Source: Methyloversatilis sp.
GTDB taxonomy: Bacteria; Pseudomonadota; Gammaproteobacteria; Burkholderiales; Rhodocyclaceae
NCBI RefSeq assembly: GCF_965284615.1
Contig: NZ_OZ260098.1
Span: forward strand, 2,732,318 to 2,796,317
Length of the DNA stretch: 64,000 nt
Direction: 5' to 3'
Within the stretch, counting starts at the first letter, position 1. The number at the start of each line of letters is the position of its first letter. The notes beneath the pieces were generated by a model, which saw nothing but the letters and a program-made list of their open reading frames with translations, ran no database searches and was not told the origin of the DNA. Below, piece by piece: positions 36,637-47,908 of the stretch. The translations under genes were made by a program, and so were the position numbers.

Positions 36637-37002
36637 TCAGTTCGACCCCGAGGCCGACCCTTCGAATTCGAACAACAGGCTCACCGGCCCCCACAGCGGT
36701 ACCTTGCGCTGATAGGCGAAAGAAATCTCGACGCCCTGGGTGTCCTTGACGATGTCGAGATCGGCCGGCGTGACGCTGGACATTTCGTCCATGATGGCGC
36801 GCTTGGCGTAGGCATTGCGGTAGTCGGCGACGGTGCCGCCCTTGACCTCGCCGCTCTTCACGATGGCTTTCACGTTCTTCAGGATGGTGTAGTACTCGAT
36901 CACCGCCGGCACCGATTTCATGCCGAGAATGACGACGATGGCGATCAGACCCGCCACCAGAATGAATCCCACCATGCTCAGACCGGACTGCTTGCGCTGC
37001 AT
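36637..37002 (-). CDS. DUF4845-like protein (lepB-rnc intergenic family)
   Basis: RKQSGLS pilin-like N-terminus; position between lepB and rnc. Confidence 0.8.
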   Translation of the reverse strand: MQRKQSGLSMVGFILVAGLIAIVVILGMKSVPAVIEYYTILKNVKAIVKSGEVKGGTVADYRNAYAKRAIMDEMSSVTPADLDIVKDTQGVEISFAYQRKVPLWGPVSLLFEFEGSASGSN

Positions 37003-37046
37003 CGCTGTCTCCCTGTTGCCTGTTCTGATTGTCTGACGCTGCCGGA

Positions 37047-37859
37047 TCAACGGAAGCTGCCGATGCGGCCGAAATCGATGCCCTTCGGCGGCACGATGGC
37101 ATCCGCGTGGAACCAGACGAAGAAGGCCTTGCCGACGATGTTGGCGTCGGGCACGAAGCCCCACACACGGCTGTCCGCACTCTGGTCGCGGTTGTCGCCC
37201 AGCACGAAATAGTGGCCGGCCGGCACCTCGCAGCGCACCCCTTCGTGATTGTAGACACAGTTCTCGCGGCCCGGAAAATCGAGCGCCATCGGTACGTCGG
37301 CGCGGGCGTCGCGGTCGTTCAGGATGGAGTGTTCGACCTCGCCCAGCGTTTCCGAGTAACGATTGGAATAGTAGGCACGTTCCTTGTGGAAGTAGTCCTC
37401 CTGCGCCTTCACCGGCACCTCGACGCCGTTGATGGTGAGTCGCTTGTTCTGGTAGGCGATCTTGTCGCCCGGCAGGCCGACCACGCGCTTGATGTAGTTG
37501 ACCGACGGATCGGCCGGGTAGCGGAACACCATCACATCGCCGCGCTGCGGATCATTCATGTTGACGATCTTGGTGTTGAGCACCGGCAGCCGCACGCCGT
37601 AGGTGTATTTGTTCACCAGGATGAAGTCGCCCACCAGCAGGGTCGGAATCATCGAGCCGGACGGAATGCGGAAGGGCTCGACAACGAAACTGCGCAGCGT
37701 GAACACGACGATGATGACGGGGAAGAAGCTGGCACCGTATTCGACCCACCACGGGTCGGGGCTGCCGGCCGGGCGTTGCTTGGCGAACACCGCCTTGTCC
37801 ATCACCCACAGAATGCCCGTGAGCACACACAGCACAAAAAGAATCAGTGCGAAATTCAA
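37047..37859 (-). CDS. lepB: Signal peptidase I
   Basis: EPFRIPSGSMIPTL, YIKRVVGLPGD, GDNRDQSADSR. Confidence 0.96.
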   Translation of the reverse strand: MNFALILFVLCVLTGILWVMDKAVFAKQRPAGSPDPWWVEYGASFFPVIIVVFTLRSFVVEPFRIPSGSMIPTLLVGDFILVNKYTYGVRLPVLNTKIVNMNDPQRGDVMVFRYPADPSVNYIKRVVGLPGDKIAYQNKRLTINGVEVPVKAQEDYFHKERAYYSNRYSETLGEVEHSILNDRDARADVPMALDFPGRENCVYNHEGVRCEVPAGHYFVLGDNRDQSADSRVWGFVPDANIVGKAFFVWFHADAIVPPKGIDFGRIGSFR

Positions 37860-37928
37860 GATGGAAATCCAGTCGTATTGTCGGGCATCCGGGCGGACGC
37901 CTCGTTTGTCGTCCGAGCCTGTTGGTCC

Positions 37929-39722
37929 TTACTTGTCGTTAACCCGCAGCACGGCAAGGAAGGCCTCCTGCGGAATTTCCACATTGCCCACCTGCTTCAT
38001 GCGCTTCTTGCCGGCCTTCTGCTTTTCCAGCAGCTTCTTCTTCCGCGTGATGTCGCCGCCGTAGCACTTGGCCAGCACGTTCTTGCGCAGCGCCTTGATC
38101 GTTTCACGCGCGATGATGTGCGCACCGATCGCCGCCTGCACCGGCACGTCGAACATCTGGCGCGGAATCAGCTCGCGCATCTTCGCCGCCACCTCGCGGC
38201 CCCGGAACTGCGCGTTGGCTCGGTGCACGATGACCGACAGCGCATCGACCTTCTCGCCCGCCACCATAAGATCGAGCTTCACCACGTCGGCGGCGCGGTA
38301 TTCCTTGAACTCGTAGTCGAGCGAGGCATAGCCGCGTGACACCGACTTCAGCTTGTCGAAGAAGTCGAACACCACTTCGGCCATCGGCAGGTCATAGGTC
38401 AGCTGCACCTGACGGCCGTGGTAGAGCATGTTCACCTGCTGACCGCGCTTCTGTTCGCACAGCGTGATCACCGCACCCAGGTAATCCTGCGGCATGAAGA
38501 TGACCGCCTTGATGATGGGCTCACGGATTTCAGCAACCTTGGACGTTTCCGGCAGCTTGGACGGGTTCTCGACCATGACGACGCTGCCGTCGTTCATCAG
38601 CACCTCGTACACCACGGTCGGCGCCGTCGTGATGAGGTCCATGTCGAACTCGCGCTCCAGCCGCTCCTGCACGATTTCCATGTGCAGCATGCCGAGGAAG
38701 CCGCAGCGGAAACCGAAGCCCAGTGCCTGCGACACTTCCGGCTCGTACTGCAGCGAGGCGTCGTTCAGCTTGAGCTTTTCCAGCGACTCGCGCAGCTGGT
38801 CGTACTCGCTGGCCTCGACCGGATACAGACCGGCGAACACCTGCGGCTTGATTTCCTTGAAGCCGGGCAGCGGCGCGTCGGCGCGGCGGTCGGCCAGCGT
38901 AATGGTGTCGCCCACCTTGGCGGCCTGCAGTTCCTTGATGCCGGAAATGATGAAACCCACTTCGCCAGCCGACAGACTGGTCTTCTGCACCGATTTCGGC
39001 GTGAACACGCCGACCTGGTCGCACTGGTACTGGGCACCGGTTGACATCAGCAGCATCTTGTCCTTGGGCTTCAGCGCGCCATCGACCACACGCACCAGCA
39101 TCACCACGCCGACGTAGTTGTCGAACCAGGAATCGATGATGAGCGCCTTCAGCGGTGCAGCCGGATCACCCTTGGGCGCCGGAATGCGCGCGATCACCGC
39201 TTCGAGGATGTCGTCGATGCCCATGCCGGTCTTGGCCGAACACGGAATGGCGTCGGTCGCGTCGATGCCGATCACGTCCTCCACTTCCTGCTTCGCGTTG
39301 TCCGGATCGGCCTGAGGCAGGTCCATCTTGTTCAGCACCGGCACCACCTCGACGCCGAGGTCGAGCGCGGTGTAGCAGTTCGCCACCGTCTGCGCTTCGA
39401 CACCCTGAGATGCGTTGACCACCAGCAGCGCGCCTTCGCAGGCGGACAGCGAGCGGCTCACCTCGTAGGAAAAGTTGACGTGCCCCGGGGTATCGATCAG
39501 GTTCAGGTTATAGACCTGACCGTCCTTGGCCTTGTACGACAGCGCAGCGGTCTGCGCCTTGATGGTGATGCCGCGCTCGCGCTCCAGATCCATCGAGTCA
39601 AGCACCTGCGCCTCCATCTCACGGTCGGACAGGCCGCCGCAGCGCTGGATCAGCCGGTCCGCCAGCGTGGACTTGCCGTGATCGATGTGGGCGATGATGG
39701 AAAAATTTCGGATGTGCTGCAT
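37929..39722 (-). CDS. lepA: Elongation factor 4
   Basis: [45 protein letters not shown]. Confidence 0.98.
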   Translation of the reverse strand: MQHIRNFSIIAHIDHGKSTLADRLIQRCGGLSDREMEAQVLDSMDLERERGITIKAQTAALSYKAKDGQVYNLNLIDTPGHVNFSYEVSRSLSACEGALLVVNASQGVEAQTVANCYTALDLGVEVVPVLNKMDLPQADPDNAKQEVEDVIGIDATDAIPCSAKTGMGIDDILEAVIARIPAPKGDPAAPLKALIIDSWFDNYVGVVMLVRVVDGALKPKDKMLLMSTGAQYQCDQVGVFTPKSVQKTSLSAGEVGFIISGIKELQAAKVGDTITLADRRADAPLPGFKEIKPQVFAGLYPVEASEYDQLRESLEKLKLNDASLQYEPEVSQALGFGFRCGFLGMLHMEIVQERLEREFDMDLITTAPTVVYEVLMNDGSVVMVENPSKLPETSKVAEIREPIIKAVIFMPQDYLGAVITLCEQKRGQQVNMLYHGRQVQLTYDLPMAEVVFDFFDKLKSVSRGYASLDYEFKEYRAADVVKLDLMVAGEKVDALSVIVHRANAQFRGREVAAKMRELIPRQMFDVPVQAAIGAHIIARETIKALRKNVLAKCYGGDITRKKKLLEKQKAGKKRMKQVGNVEIPQEAFLAVLRVNDK

Positions 39723-39824
39723 CAGTCGAATGGAATCGGGAACGGAATCAAAAAAGGGCGGCGGAAAACAAAAAAGGGCGCCGTGGCGGGCACCCCTGTG
39801 CGGTCAGCCGGACCGGGCCTGCAG

Positions 39825-40082
39825 TCAAGCGCGCGATTCTAGCAGATAGGCCCGTACAGCCCCCTCGTCCAGCCGGTGCCGGCACAGTTCGCGATCGCCC
39901 GCACAGAGCACCGGAATGTGCTCGCCATAGGCGTCCTCGAATTCCTCGTGCTCGTCGATATCGATTTCGCGCACACTGATCCCCTGGCCGGCGATCAGCG
40001 GCTCGAGCGCCTCGATCAGCTCGTCGCACAGGTGACACCAGCGCCGCAGGTAGAGCGTCAGTTCGCGCGGAGCGCCGCTCAC
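39825..40082 (-). CDS. Glutaredoxin-like protein (DUF836)
   Basis: WCHLCD CxxC; IPVL; mucD-lepA synteny. Confidence 0.85.
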   Translation of the reverse strand: MSGAPRELTLYLRRWCHLCDELIEALEPLIAGQGISVREIDIDEHEEFEDAYGEHIPVLCAGDRELCRHRLDEGAVRAYLLESRA

Positions 40083-41521
40083 TTGCCGTCGCCCTGCCCG
40101 TTCGGCGCGCGCAGCGTCAGGAAGGTCTGGCTGTCGCCGCGGCGCACCAGCACCGTCAGCCCGACCTTGGGTTCGATGCTGGAGAGGATCTTGTTGAACT
40201 GCTCCAGCGTGCCGACCGGTGTCTGCTTGCCGCGGGCGATCACCGCCAGGATGATGTCGCCGGCACGCAGGTCGGATCGCTGGTTGCCCGCGACTTCCTC
40301 CACCTTCAGCCCGCCCTCGACCTTCAGTTCGCGCTTCTGCTGCGGCGTCAGCTCGGACAGCACCAGCCCCAGCCGGTTGGGTGCGGGTGCCGCCTCGGGC
40401 GCCGCGCCACGGCGGGCCTTGCGCGGGTCGATGCGTTCGTCACTCAGTTCAGCCACGGTGACGCGGATGTCACGCGTCGCACCGTTGCGCCAGATCTGCG
40501 CAACCGACGCCGTGCCTGGCTTCGTTCCGCCCACCAGCCGCGGCAGATCGCCCGACTTTTCGACCTGCTTGCCGTCGAAACGCAGGATCACGTCGCCGGG
40601 TTCGATGCCCGCCTTCTCCGCCGGGCCGCGCGGCTCGACCGAACTGACCAGCGCACCTTCGACGTTCGGCAGGCCAAAGGAGTCGGCCAGTTCCTTCGTC
40701 ACTTCCTGTATGACCACGCCTATGCGTCCGCGCTGAACGCGGCCGGTGGCGCGCAGTTGCGACTGCACATCCATCGCCACGTCGATCGGAATGGCGAAGG
40801 ACAGGCCCATGAAACCGCCGTTGCGGCTGTAGATCTGCGAATTGATGCCCACCACCTCGCCGCGCAGATTGAACAGCGGCCCGCCCGAATTGCCGGGGTT
40901 GATGGCGACGTCGGTCTGGATGAAAGGAACGAAGTTTTCCTGCGGCAGCGAGCGACCCTTGGCCGACACGATGCCGGCGGTGACCGAGCTTTCGAAACCG
41001 AAAGGCGAGCCGATGGCCACCACCCACTCGCCCACCTTGAGCTTGCTGGCGTCACCGAAGCGAACGACCGGCAGGCCGGTGGCGTCGATCTTGAGCAGCG
41101 CGACGTCGGTACGCTTGTCGGCGCCGATCACGCGCGCCCGGAATTCGCGCTTGTCGGACAGGCGGACGGTGATTTCGTCGGCTTCGTCCACCACGTGAGC
41201 ATTGGTCATCAGATAGCCGTCGGCCGAAATGATGAATCCTGACCCGAGGGATCGGGCGTCCTGCGAGCCCGGCACACCGGGTTGCTGCGGAACGAAGCGG
41301 CGGAAGAAATCGAACATTGGATCGTCTTCGTCCAGCCCAGGCGGCAGCTGCGGCATCGCCCGCGTACTGACCTTCTGCGTCGTGCTGATATTGACCACCG
41401 CCCGCCCCTGCTGCTCGACCAGTTGCGAGAAATCCGGCAGTTCGCGCTGCGCGCTGGCCGGAGGAACGATGGCAAACAGGCAACTCAGGCTGAACATCGC
41501 AGCCGCGAACAGGGATTTCAT
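40079..41521 (-). CDS. mucD: DegP/DegQ-family serine protease (MucD)
   Basis: SLGSGFII, TNAHVV, AINPGNSGGPL, two PDZ domains. Confidence 0.93.
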   Translation of the reverse strand: MKSLFAAAMFSLSCLFAIVPPASAQRELPDFSQLVEQQGRAVVNISTTQKVSTRAMPQLPPGLDEDDPMFDFFRRFVPQQPGVPGSQDARSLGSGFIISADGYLMTNAHVVDEADEITVRLSDKREFRARVIGADKRTDVALLKIDATGLPVVRFGDASKLKVGEWVVAIGSPFGFESSVTAGIVSAKGRSLPQENFVPFIQTDVAINPGNSGGPLFNLRGEVVGINSQIYSRNGGFMGLSFAIPIDVAMDVQSQLRATGRVQRGRIGVVIQEVTKELADSFGLPNVEGALVSSVEPRGPAEKAGIEPGDVILRFDGKQVEKSGDLPRLVGGTKPGTASVAQIWRNGATRDIRVTVAELSDERIDPRKARRGAAPEAAPAPNRLGLVLSELTPQQKRELKVEGGLKVEEVAGNQRSDLRAGDIILAVIARGKQTPVGTLEQFNKILSSIEPKVGLTVLVRRGDSQTFLTLRAPNGQGDGK

Positions 41522-41946
41522 GATCTGGGCGAAAGGTCGCGACCGGAAAGGATACGTACGGAAGGAATGAGCGTGCTGCGCGAGCGACTGCCGCGCAGCC
41601 AGCCCGCAGCGGCGATCAGACCGACCACGGCCCCTGCTGCCACTGAGAGGTCCGAATCGCCGGCCAGCAGCATCGCCAGTGCAACACCCACGAACAGCGC
41701 GAGCAGCGCGACGCCGTAGGTCAGCAGCGCTGCAATCAGCGGCGCCCGCTGCGACACGACGACATCGACGCGTTCGCCTGGCAGCACGGCGACGTTGACG
41801 GGTATGACGTAGGTCGCCGCGGCCGATTCACAGGCCCGACCGCAGCCACCGCTTTCGGCACATCGACCGCAACCACTCTGCCGCTCCACATCGACCCAGG
41901 CGAAACCATCGGCGACGCGGCGGACCTGACCCGAACGGACGTTCAT
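41518..41946 (-). CDS. rseC: RseC/MucC family protein
   Basis: RQSGCGRCAESGGCG Cys motif plus two TM segments. Confidence 0.88.
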   Translation of the reverse strand: MNVRSGQVRRVADGFAWVDVERQSGCGRCAESGGCGRACESAAATYVIPVNVAVLPGERVDVVVSQRAPLIAALLTYGVALLALFVGVALAMLLAGDSDLSVAAGAVVGLIAAAGWLRGSRSRSTLIPSVRILSGRDLSPRS

Positions 41947-42914
41947 CAACGCTTCTGTCCCACCGCGTCCGCCATGCGCTGCAGACTGTGCGGCGGCACT
42001 TCGCCGAGCGCGGTAATGACGTAGCCCGCCAGCCGTCGCTTGTACACGTTCACGGCGCCATGCTTCATCGGCCCGACGACGTTTCCGTCTTCCTTGCGGT
42101 AGGGCTCGATGAATACCGAGATCGCAGCGAGGCCATCGGAGAAAACCATATGGACCATGTCGGGGCGGTCCGGGCCGAGCGACCGCTTCATGCCGGCGAT
42201 CTGGCGGAAGCCAGGCACGTCGCCATTCATCGTCCAGCCGAGGTCGGCATTCTGAGCCTGGGTCGAATTCGCCGTATGCACCTTCCAGCCCGACGACGAG
42301 GCGGCCAGCCTGGATTGCACGTCCTCGCGCGTCAGCGCCGGACCGAGCTGCAGCTGGGCGAAGGCGAACTGCTCTATCGGTTCGCTGCGCTCGTTCACCA
42401 TGCGCGCCTTCAGCAACAGGCCGGTCTGTGCCTCGATCCAGAACATGTGACCGTAACGGTAACCGTCCTTCGGCTCGAGCAGCACGGACTGGGTATCGAA
42501 GCCTGCGACGCGGCCGGGCGGGCCTTTGCGAACCGTGTAGTAATCGCTGAGCGCACCGACCGACTCCGGCAACAGCGACGGGAAAGTCTTCCGCGCGCCA
42601 CGCCGGTCCTCGATGATGATCTTTTCCTTTGGCAGGTAGCAACGCACCTCGTCATTGACGCGGATAACCTCGCGCGGGCTGCCGTCGAGCACTTCCAGCC
42701 GTTCGACCGAATTGCCGTCGGTGTCAACGTAGTGCGCGACACGCGAGGTTTCGACGTTCGAACCGCTCTGATAGACGAAAGTGCCAATGTAGGAGGTGCG
42801 CTGCGAGGCGCTCACCGCTCGCCCGAGGAGGGACAGCGCTTCAGGCTGCCCCTGGGCCAGCGCGCCCTGCGCAAACAGCAGGGACGCAAACAGCCAGACT
42901 GCCCGCACGATCAT
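41946..42914 (-). CDS. rseB: Sigma-E regulator RseB/MucB
   Basis: SYIGTFVYQ, LDGSPREVIR, FSDGLAAISVFIE. Confidence 0.92.
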   Translation of the reverse strand: MIVRAVWLFASLLFAQGALAQGQPEALSLLGRAVSASQRTSYIGTFVYQSGSNVETSRVAHYVDTDGNSVERLEVLDGSPREVIRVNDEVRCYLPKEKIIIEDRRGARKTFPSLLPESVGALSDYYTVRKGPPGRVAGFDTQSVLLEPKDGYRYGHMFWIEAQTGLLLKARMVNERSEPIEQFAFAQLQLGPALTREDVQSRLAASSSGWKVHTANSTQAQNADLGWTMNGDVPGFRQIAGMKRSLGPDRPDMVHMVFSDGLAAISVFIEPYRKEDGNVVGPMKHGAVNVYKRRLAGYVITALGEVPPHSLQRMADAVGQKR

Positions 42915-43417
42915 CGACGGTCGTCGGTCTGCGGATCCGAAACGCCGCGCGCGTAGAGCGCGACGCCCTGCATGCTGCCGGTCGGCGAGTAACCCTGATG
43001 CGCGACAAGATAGGCGCGAAGGGGCGATTCGGTCTGTGCAAGCTGCACCGGCACGACCACCGGAGCAACCGCCAGTTGCGGCTGCACGTCGGGCGCGGAC
43101 ATGAGGTCGAGCCCCAGCCAGGACACCAGCGCGACGCCGGCGACGGCCGCCGCGGCAGGCATCCACAGTCGCTTCGCTTCGGGCTGGACGCGGAAGGCAA
43201 CCGGCGCCAGCACCGTGGGCTCGTCGTCGAGCCTGCTCATGACCGACGCCGTGAAACGCGCGTCGAAACCATCGTCGCCGCGCAGTACATCGCCAATCAT
43301 CACCTGCAATGCAAACTCATCGCGCAGATCGCCGTCCGCGTGCAGGCGATCCAGCACCTGCTGCGACGTGCGCTCATCGAGCTCGTTGTCGATGAATGCG
43401 CTCAGATTCTCTCTCAT
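42911..43417 (-). CDS. rseA: Anti-sigma-E factor RseA/MucA
   Basis: ENLSAFIDNEL, IGDVLRG, single TM, YLVAHQ. Confidence 0.9.
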   Translation of the reverse strand: MRENLSAFIDNELDERTSQQVLDRLHADGDLRDEFALQVMIGDVLRGDDGFDARFTASVMSRLDDEPTVLAPVAFRVQPEAKRLWMPAAAAVAGVALVSWLGLDLMSAPDVQPQLAVAPVVVPVQLAQTESPLRAYLVAHQGYSPTGSMQGVALYARGVSDPQTDDRR

Positions 43418-43422
43418 GCCTG

Positions 43423-44022
43423 TTACCACCTCTTGTCGGGAGCCGTGTCGAGCAGCGGCCGCAGCTTCTCGGCGATCGCCTCCCGGGCACGGAAAATGCG
43501 CGAACGCACCGTCCCGATCGGACAATCCATCACTGTCGCGATCTCCTCGTAGGCCATGCCTTCGAGCTCACGCAGCATGATGGCTGTGCGCAGTTCTTCG
43601 GGCAGTGCTTCCATTGCGGAGGTCACCGTCTGTCCGATCTGCTTGGTCAGCAGCAGCCGCTCGGGGGTGTTGATGTCCCGGAGGTTGTCGCTGTCGTCAA
43701 AGTTTTCCGCCTCTTCGGAATCGAACTCCGTGCTGGTCGGGGCCCTGCGCCCCTGCGACACGAGGTAGTTCTTCGCCGTATTGACGCCTATTCTGTACAG
43801 CCACGTGTAAAACGCGCTCTCACCGCGGAACGAGGGCAACGCACGGTAAGCCTTGATGAAGGCCTCCTGTGCCACGTCCTCTACTTCGGCCGGGTCGCGT
43901 ATCAGGCGCGACAGCAGCCGTCCGAGCTTGCGCTGATACTTGCTGACCAACAGACCGAAGGCCTGCTTGTCGCCGCGCTGCGCACGCTCGACAAGCAGCT
44001 GGTCAACCTCTCGCTCGCTCAT
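43423..44022 (-). CDS. rpoE: RNA polymerase sigma factor RpoE
   Basis: DVAQEAFIKAYRAL, FYTWLYRIG, CPIGTVRSRIFRAR. Confidence 0.97.
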   Translation of the reverse strand: MSEREVDQLLVERAQRGDKQAFGLLVSKYQRKLGRLLSRLIRDPAEVEDVAQEAFIKAYRALPSFRGESAFYTWLYRIGVNTAKNYLVSQGRRAPTSTEFDSEEAENFDDSDNLRDINTPERLLLTKQIGQTVTSAMEALPEELRTAIMLRELEGMAYEEIATVMDCPIGTVRSRIFRAREAIAEKLRPLLDTAPDKRW

Positions 44023-44145
44023 CTGGGCCGATGTTGTGCCACCCGGGTCTTTCACCGGCGCGGGTTTTGAACTGGCGCGCAGTATATCCGAGCGCGCAGG
44101 CCTGGGTACCACTTGAAGGGGGTGTAGTGTCGCGTCCATGCCAGC

Positions 44146-44172
44146 ACAGACCGGGGGCTTCCGACAAAGTTC
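44146..44172 (-). promoter_or_regulatory. Sigma-E-dependent (autoregulatory) rpoE promoter
   Basis: GAACTT-N16-TCTGT on the minus strand. Confidence 0.75.
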
Positions 44173-44254
44173 ATTGCAGTCGGCACGTCCGCGGCCGGCA
44201 TCCTCTCGCTGCGCTGCGATATAGTGCAGCCCTCCCATTGAACTGCTGATCGCC

Positions 44255-45871
44255 GTGCAGACATTCGACGTGCTGGTACTCGGAAGCGGCCTGGCCGGAC
44301 AGGCGCTCGCTTTGCGACTGGCGGAAGCCGGTCGCCAGGTCGCCCTGGTCACCAAGCAGAAGCTGGAGGACTCGGCGTCCAGCTGGGCCCAGGGTGGCGT
44401 GGCCGCCGTGCTCGACAGCGAGGACTCGGTCGAGGCGCATCTGCGCGACACGCTGGTCGCCGGCGCCGGACTGTGCGACCCGGAAGCCAGCCGCTTCGTG
44501 GTCGAGAACGGCCGACGCGCGATCGAGTGGCTGATCGGCCGCGGCGTCCCCTTCACGCGCGACGACCAGACCTCGCTCGGTTACCACCTGACTCGTGAGG
44601 GCGGCCACAGCCACCGCCGCATCGTGCATGTGGCCGATGCGACCGGCTCGGCCATCCAGATGACGCTGACCGGTCAGGTCAAGGCGCACCCGAACATCCA
44701 CATCTTCGAACGCCATCTGGCGGTCGATCTGATCGTCGGCTGGAAGATCGGTCGCCCAGAACTGGGCTGCGCCGGCGCCTACGTCCTCGACATCGAGAAC
44801 GACCGCGTCGATACCTTTGCAGCGCCAGTGGTCGTGCTGGCCACCGGCGGTGCCGGCAAGGTCTACCTGTACACGACCAATCCGGATACCGCGACCGGCG
44901 ACGGCATCGCGATGGCGTGGCGCGCCGGTTGCAGGGTGGGAAACATGGAGTTCATCCAGTTTCACCCGACCTGTCTCTACCACCCGCACGCCAAGTCCTT
45001 CCTGATCACCGAGGCGATGCGCGGCGAGGGCGGCCTGCTGCGGCTGCCCGACGGCGAACGCTTCATGCCGGCGCACGACGAACGCGCCGAACTGGCGCCG
45101 CGCGACGTCGTGGCACGGGCGATCGACTACGAAATGAAGAAGCGCGGTCTCGACTGCGTCTATCTTGACGTGTCGCACAAGCCGGCCGACTTCCTGATCA
45201 GCCATTTCCCGAACATCCATGCACGCTGCCTCGAACTCGGCATAGACATCACGCGGCAGCCGATTCCGGTGGTGCCAGCGGCGCATTACACATGCGGCGG
45301 CGTCAAGGTTGACCAGCGTGCGCATACCGATGTCGATGGCCTGTACGCGATCGGCGAGACCAGTTACACCGGTCTGCACGGCGCCAACCGGCTGGCCAGC
45401 AACTCGCTGCTGGAATGCCTCGTCTATGCCGAGTCTGCGGCACAGGACATCCTCGCTCGACCCGGCTCTTCCCTGCCCGACCTGCCGGCCTGGGACGAAA
45501 GCCGCGTAACCGACGCCGACGAAGAGGTGGTGATCGCGCACAACTGGGACGAACTGCGCCGCTTCATGTGGGACTACGTCGGCATCGTCCGCACCAACAA
45601 GCGCCTTGAACGCGCACTGCATCGCATCCGCCTGCTCGAACGCGAGATCGACGAGTACTACGCGCACTTCCGCATCAGCAATGACCTGATCGAATTGCGC
45701 AATCTGGTCATGACCGCCCATCTCATCGTGCGCAGCGCGATGCAGCGGCACGAGAGTCGCGGCCTGCATTTCAGTCGTGACTACCCCGATACCAGCGACG
45801 CAGCCAGCCCAACCATCCTGCGTCCGCGTCGCTCGCGTCAGCCAGAAGAACTGCACGCAACCACAGTCTGA
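44255..45871 (+). CDS. nadB: L-aspartate oxidase
   Basis: [38 protein letters not shown]. Confidence 0.96.
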   Translation: MQTFDVLVLGSGLAGQALALRLAEAGRQVALVTKQKLEDSASSWAQGGVAAVLDSEDSVEAHLRDTLVAGAGLCDPEASRFVVENGRRAIEWLIGRGVPFTRDDQTSLGYHLTREGGHSHRRIVHVADATGSAIQMTLTGQVKAHPNIHIFERHLAVDLIVGWKIGRPELGCAGAYVLDIENDRVDTFAAPVVVLATGGAGKVYLYTTNPDTATGDGIAMAWRAGCRVGNMEFIQFHPTCLYHPHAKSFLITEAMRGEGGLLRLPDGERFMPAHDERAELAPRDVVARAIDYEMKKRGLDCVYLDVSHKPADFLISHFPNIHARCLELGIDITRQPIPVVPAAHYTCGGVKVDQRAHTDVDGLYAIGETSYTGLHGANRLASNSLLECLVYAESAAQDILARPGSSLPDLPAWDESRVTDADEEVVIAHNWDELRRFMWDYVGIVRTNKRLERALHRIRLLEREIDEYYAHFRISNDLIELRNLVMTAHLIVRSAMQRHESRGLHFSRDYPDTSDAASPTILRPRRSRQPEELHATTV

Positions 45872-46250
45872 AGCGCCGGTAATCGTTGACGCTGTCGAAC
45901 TGGTCCGCAAACAGCAGCAGGTGCTGTCGCCCGCCATCGCCTTCCAGCGTGACCGAAGTCCAAGCACGCCCCATTCTCGCTGCGCAGGGGCGGCCGCTCA
46001 GCGCTTCGCCGACGGACTGAACGCAAGTGAGGGATTCGCCATCCTCGCTCGCCAGCCCGCACAGGCGCCCCGCTCGCACGCGCACCGCTACCGTCAGCGG
46101 CAGCGAGAGCGCACAGAGCCCGATGGCGAGAGGGCCTAGCAGTACCGACGCAACGACAGCGGCAAGCGAGGCGAAAAAAAGGGCCACGTCGCGAAGACGT
46201 GACCCTTTCAGATGCATCTGCCGGAAGCCCTGAAGCCGCTCGCGGTTCAA
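45771..46250 (-). CDS. YgfX/CptA-like small membrane protein
   Basis: Two TM helices then LLLFADQ...YRRFRLWLR; start uncertain (46250 TTG or 46217 ATG). Confidence 0.55.
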   Translation of the reverse strand: MNRERLQGFRQMHLKGSRLRDVALFFASLAAVVASVLLGPLAIGLCALSLPLTVAVRVRAGRLCGLASEDGESLTCVQSVGEALSGRPCAARMGRAWTSVTLEGDGGRQHLLLFADQFDSVNDYRRFRLWLRAVLLADASDADAGWLGWLRRWYRGSHD

Positions 46251-46263
46251 GGCCGGTCTCTCC

Positions 46264-47502
46264 TCACATGCGACGGAAGACCAGCGTCGCGTTCGTACCG
46301 CCGAAACCGAAGGAATTCGACAGCGCGGAACGGATGTTGATCTCGCGCGGCACCAGCGGCACGTAATCGAGATCGCAGGCCGGATCCTGGTCGCGCAGAT
46401 TGGCGGTCGGCGGCGCGATCTGCTTGTGGATCGCCATCACCGTCACCACCGCCTCGATACCCGCGGCCGCGCCCAGTGCGTGACCGGTCATGGACTTGGT
46501 CGAGCTGACGCACAGCGTTTTGGCGTGCTCACCAAAACAGCGCTTGATCGCCACCGTTTCGGCAATGTCGCCCAGCGGCGTGGATGTGCCGTGAGCGTTG
46601 ATGTAGTTGACCTCGTCCAGCGCCACACCACCGTTGCGCAGCGCATTCGCCATGCTGCGCGATGCACCTTCACCGTCCTCGCAGGGCGCAGTGATGTGAT
46701 GCGCGTCGGCACTCATGCCGTAGCCGGCGAGCTCGCAGTAGATGCGTGCGCCGCGGGCCTTCGCGTGCTCGTACTCCTCGAGCACCAGCACGCCAGCACC
46801 TTCACCCAGCACGAAGCCGTCACGACCGCTGTCCCACGGACGGCTGGCGGTCTCCGGATCATCGTTACGGCCCGACAGCGCCTTGGCAGCCGCGAAGCCG
46901 GCCACGCCCAGCGGGCACATCGTCGATTCGGCACCTCCGGCAATCATCACGTCGGCGTCGCCATACTCGATCAGACGCATCGCTTCGCCAATCGAGTGGT
47001 TGGCCGTCGCGCAGGCACTGACGGTCGCAAAGTTCGGGCCCTTGAAACCGTAGTTGATCGCCACGATGCCGGAGATCATGTTGATGATCGAGCCCGGCAC
47101 GAAGAACGGCGACACCTTGCGCACGCCGCCGGCCAGCATTGCGTTGTGCGTTTCCTCGATCATCGGCAGACCGCCGATGCCCGAGCCGACGCAGACGCCG
47201 ATGCGCTCGGCGTTGGCCGGATTCGCCTCGAGTCCGGCATCGCGGATGGCATCCATCGAGGCAGCAATGCCGAAATGGATGAAGGTGTCGAAACGCCGTG
47301 CCTCTTTCGGAGACAGGTAGTTGGCGACGTCGAAATCGCGCACTTCGCCCGCGATCTGGACAGGCAGTTCGGACGGATCGAAACGCGTGATGCGACGGAT
47401 CCCCGACTTCGCCGCCAGGATGTTCTCCCAGGCTTGTCCGACCGTGTTCCCGACCGGGGAAATGATGCCCAGGCCGGTGACAACTATTCTTTTACGTGCC
47501 AA
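46264..47502 (-). CDS. fabF: beta-ketoacyl-ACP synthase II
   Basis: ACATANH, NAHGTSTPLGD, SKSMTGH-like, SNSFGFGGTN. Confidence 0.97.
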   Translation of the reverse strand: MARKRIVVTGLGIISPVGNTVGQAWENILAAKSGIRRITRFDPSELPVQIAGEVRDFDVANYLSPKEARRFDTFIHFGIAASMDAIRDAGLEANPANAERIGVCVGSGIGGLPMIEETHNAMLAGGVRKVSPFFVPGSIINMISGIVAINYGFKGPNFATVSACATANHSIGEAMRLIEYGDADVMIAGGAESTMCPLGVAGFAAAKALSGRNDDPETASRPWDSGRDGFVLGEGAGVLVLEEYEHAKARGARIYCELAGYGMSADAHHITAPCEDGEGASRSMANALRNGGVALDEVNYINAHGTSTPLGDIAETVAIKRCFGEHAKTLCVSSTKSMTGHALGAAAGIEAVVTVMAIHKQIAPPTANLRDQDPACDLDYVPLVPREINIRSALSNSFGFGGTNATLVFRRM

Positions 47503-47526
47503 AACGTACTCCGCTCGATGAAACGA

Positions 47527-47772
47527 TCAGGCCTTGCTGGCCAGATGACGGTTCACGTAATCGATGGCCTGTTGCACCGAGGTGATCTTCTCGGCTTCTT
47601 CGTCGGGGATTTCGCATTCGAACTCTTCTTCGAGCGCCATGACCAGTTCAACCGTATCGAGCGAGTCAGCGCCCAGATCGTTGACGAAAGACGATTCGTT
47701 CTTGATCTCGGCTTCGTTGACGCCCAGTTGTTCGGCAACGATCTTCTTGACGCGTTGTTCGATGTTTTCCAT
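47527..47772 (-). CDS. acpP: Acyl carrier protein
   Basis: [20 protein letters not shown]. Confidence 0.98.
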   Translation of the reverse strand: MENIEQRVKKIVAEQLGVNEAEIKNESSFVNDLGADSLDTVELVMALEEEFECEIPDEEAEKITSVQQAIDYVNRHLASKA

Positions 47773-47908
47773 TGCGGTACTCCTTCCCTGTGTATGCCCT
47801 GACTAGAGCGTGAGAGCGCGAAAAAAAAGTGGCGCGAGTGTAACAGAAAGCCTGGTCCACTTCGCCTTTGGAGGTGTATGGCTCTTGCGCGCCGCACACC
47901 GCCGAATA

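Noticed and set aside
45771-46250. Toxin-antitoxin system (CptAB)
   Set aside because: No partner gene is adjacent, and toxicity of YgfX-family proteins is disputed
47680-47685. ACP FVNDLG as another GTCGAC-derived change
   Set aside because: VNDLG occurs naturally in some betaproteobacterial ACPs, so this site is uninformative; the same applies to 114, 28322 and 58712
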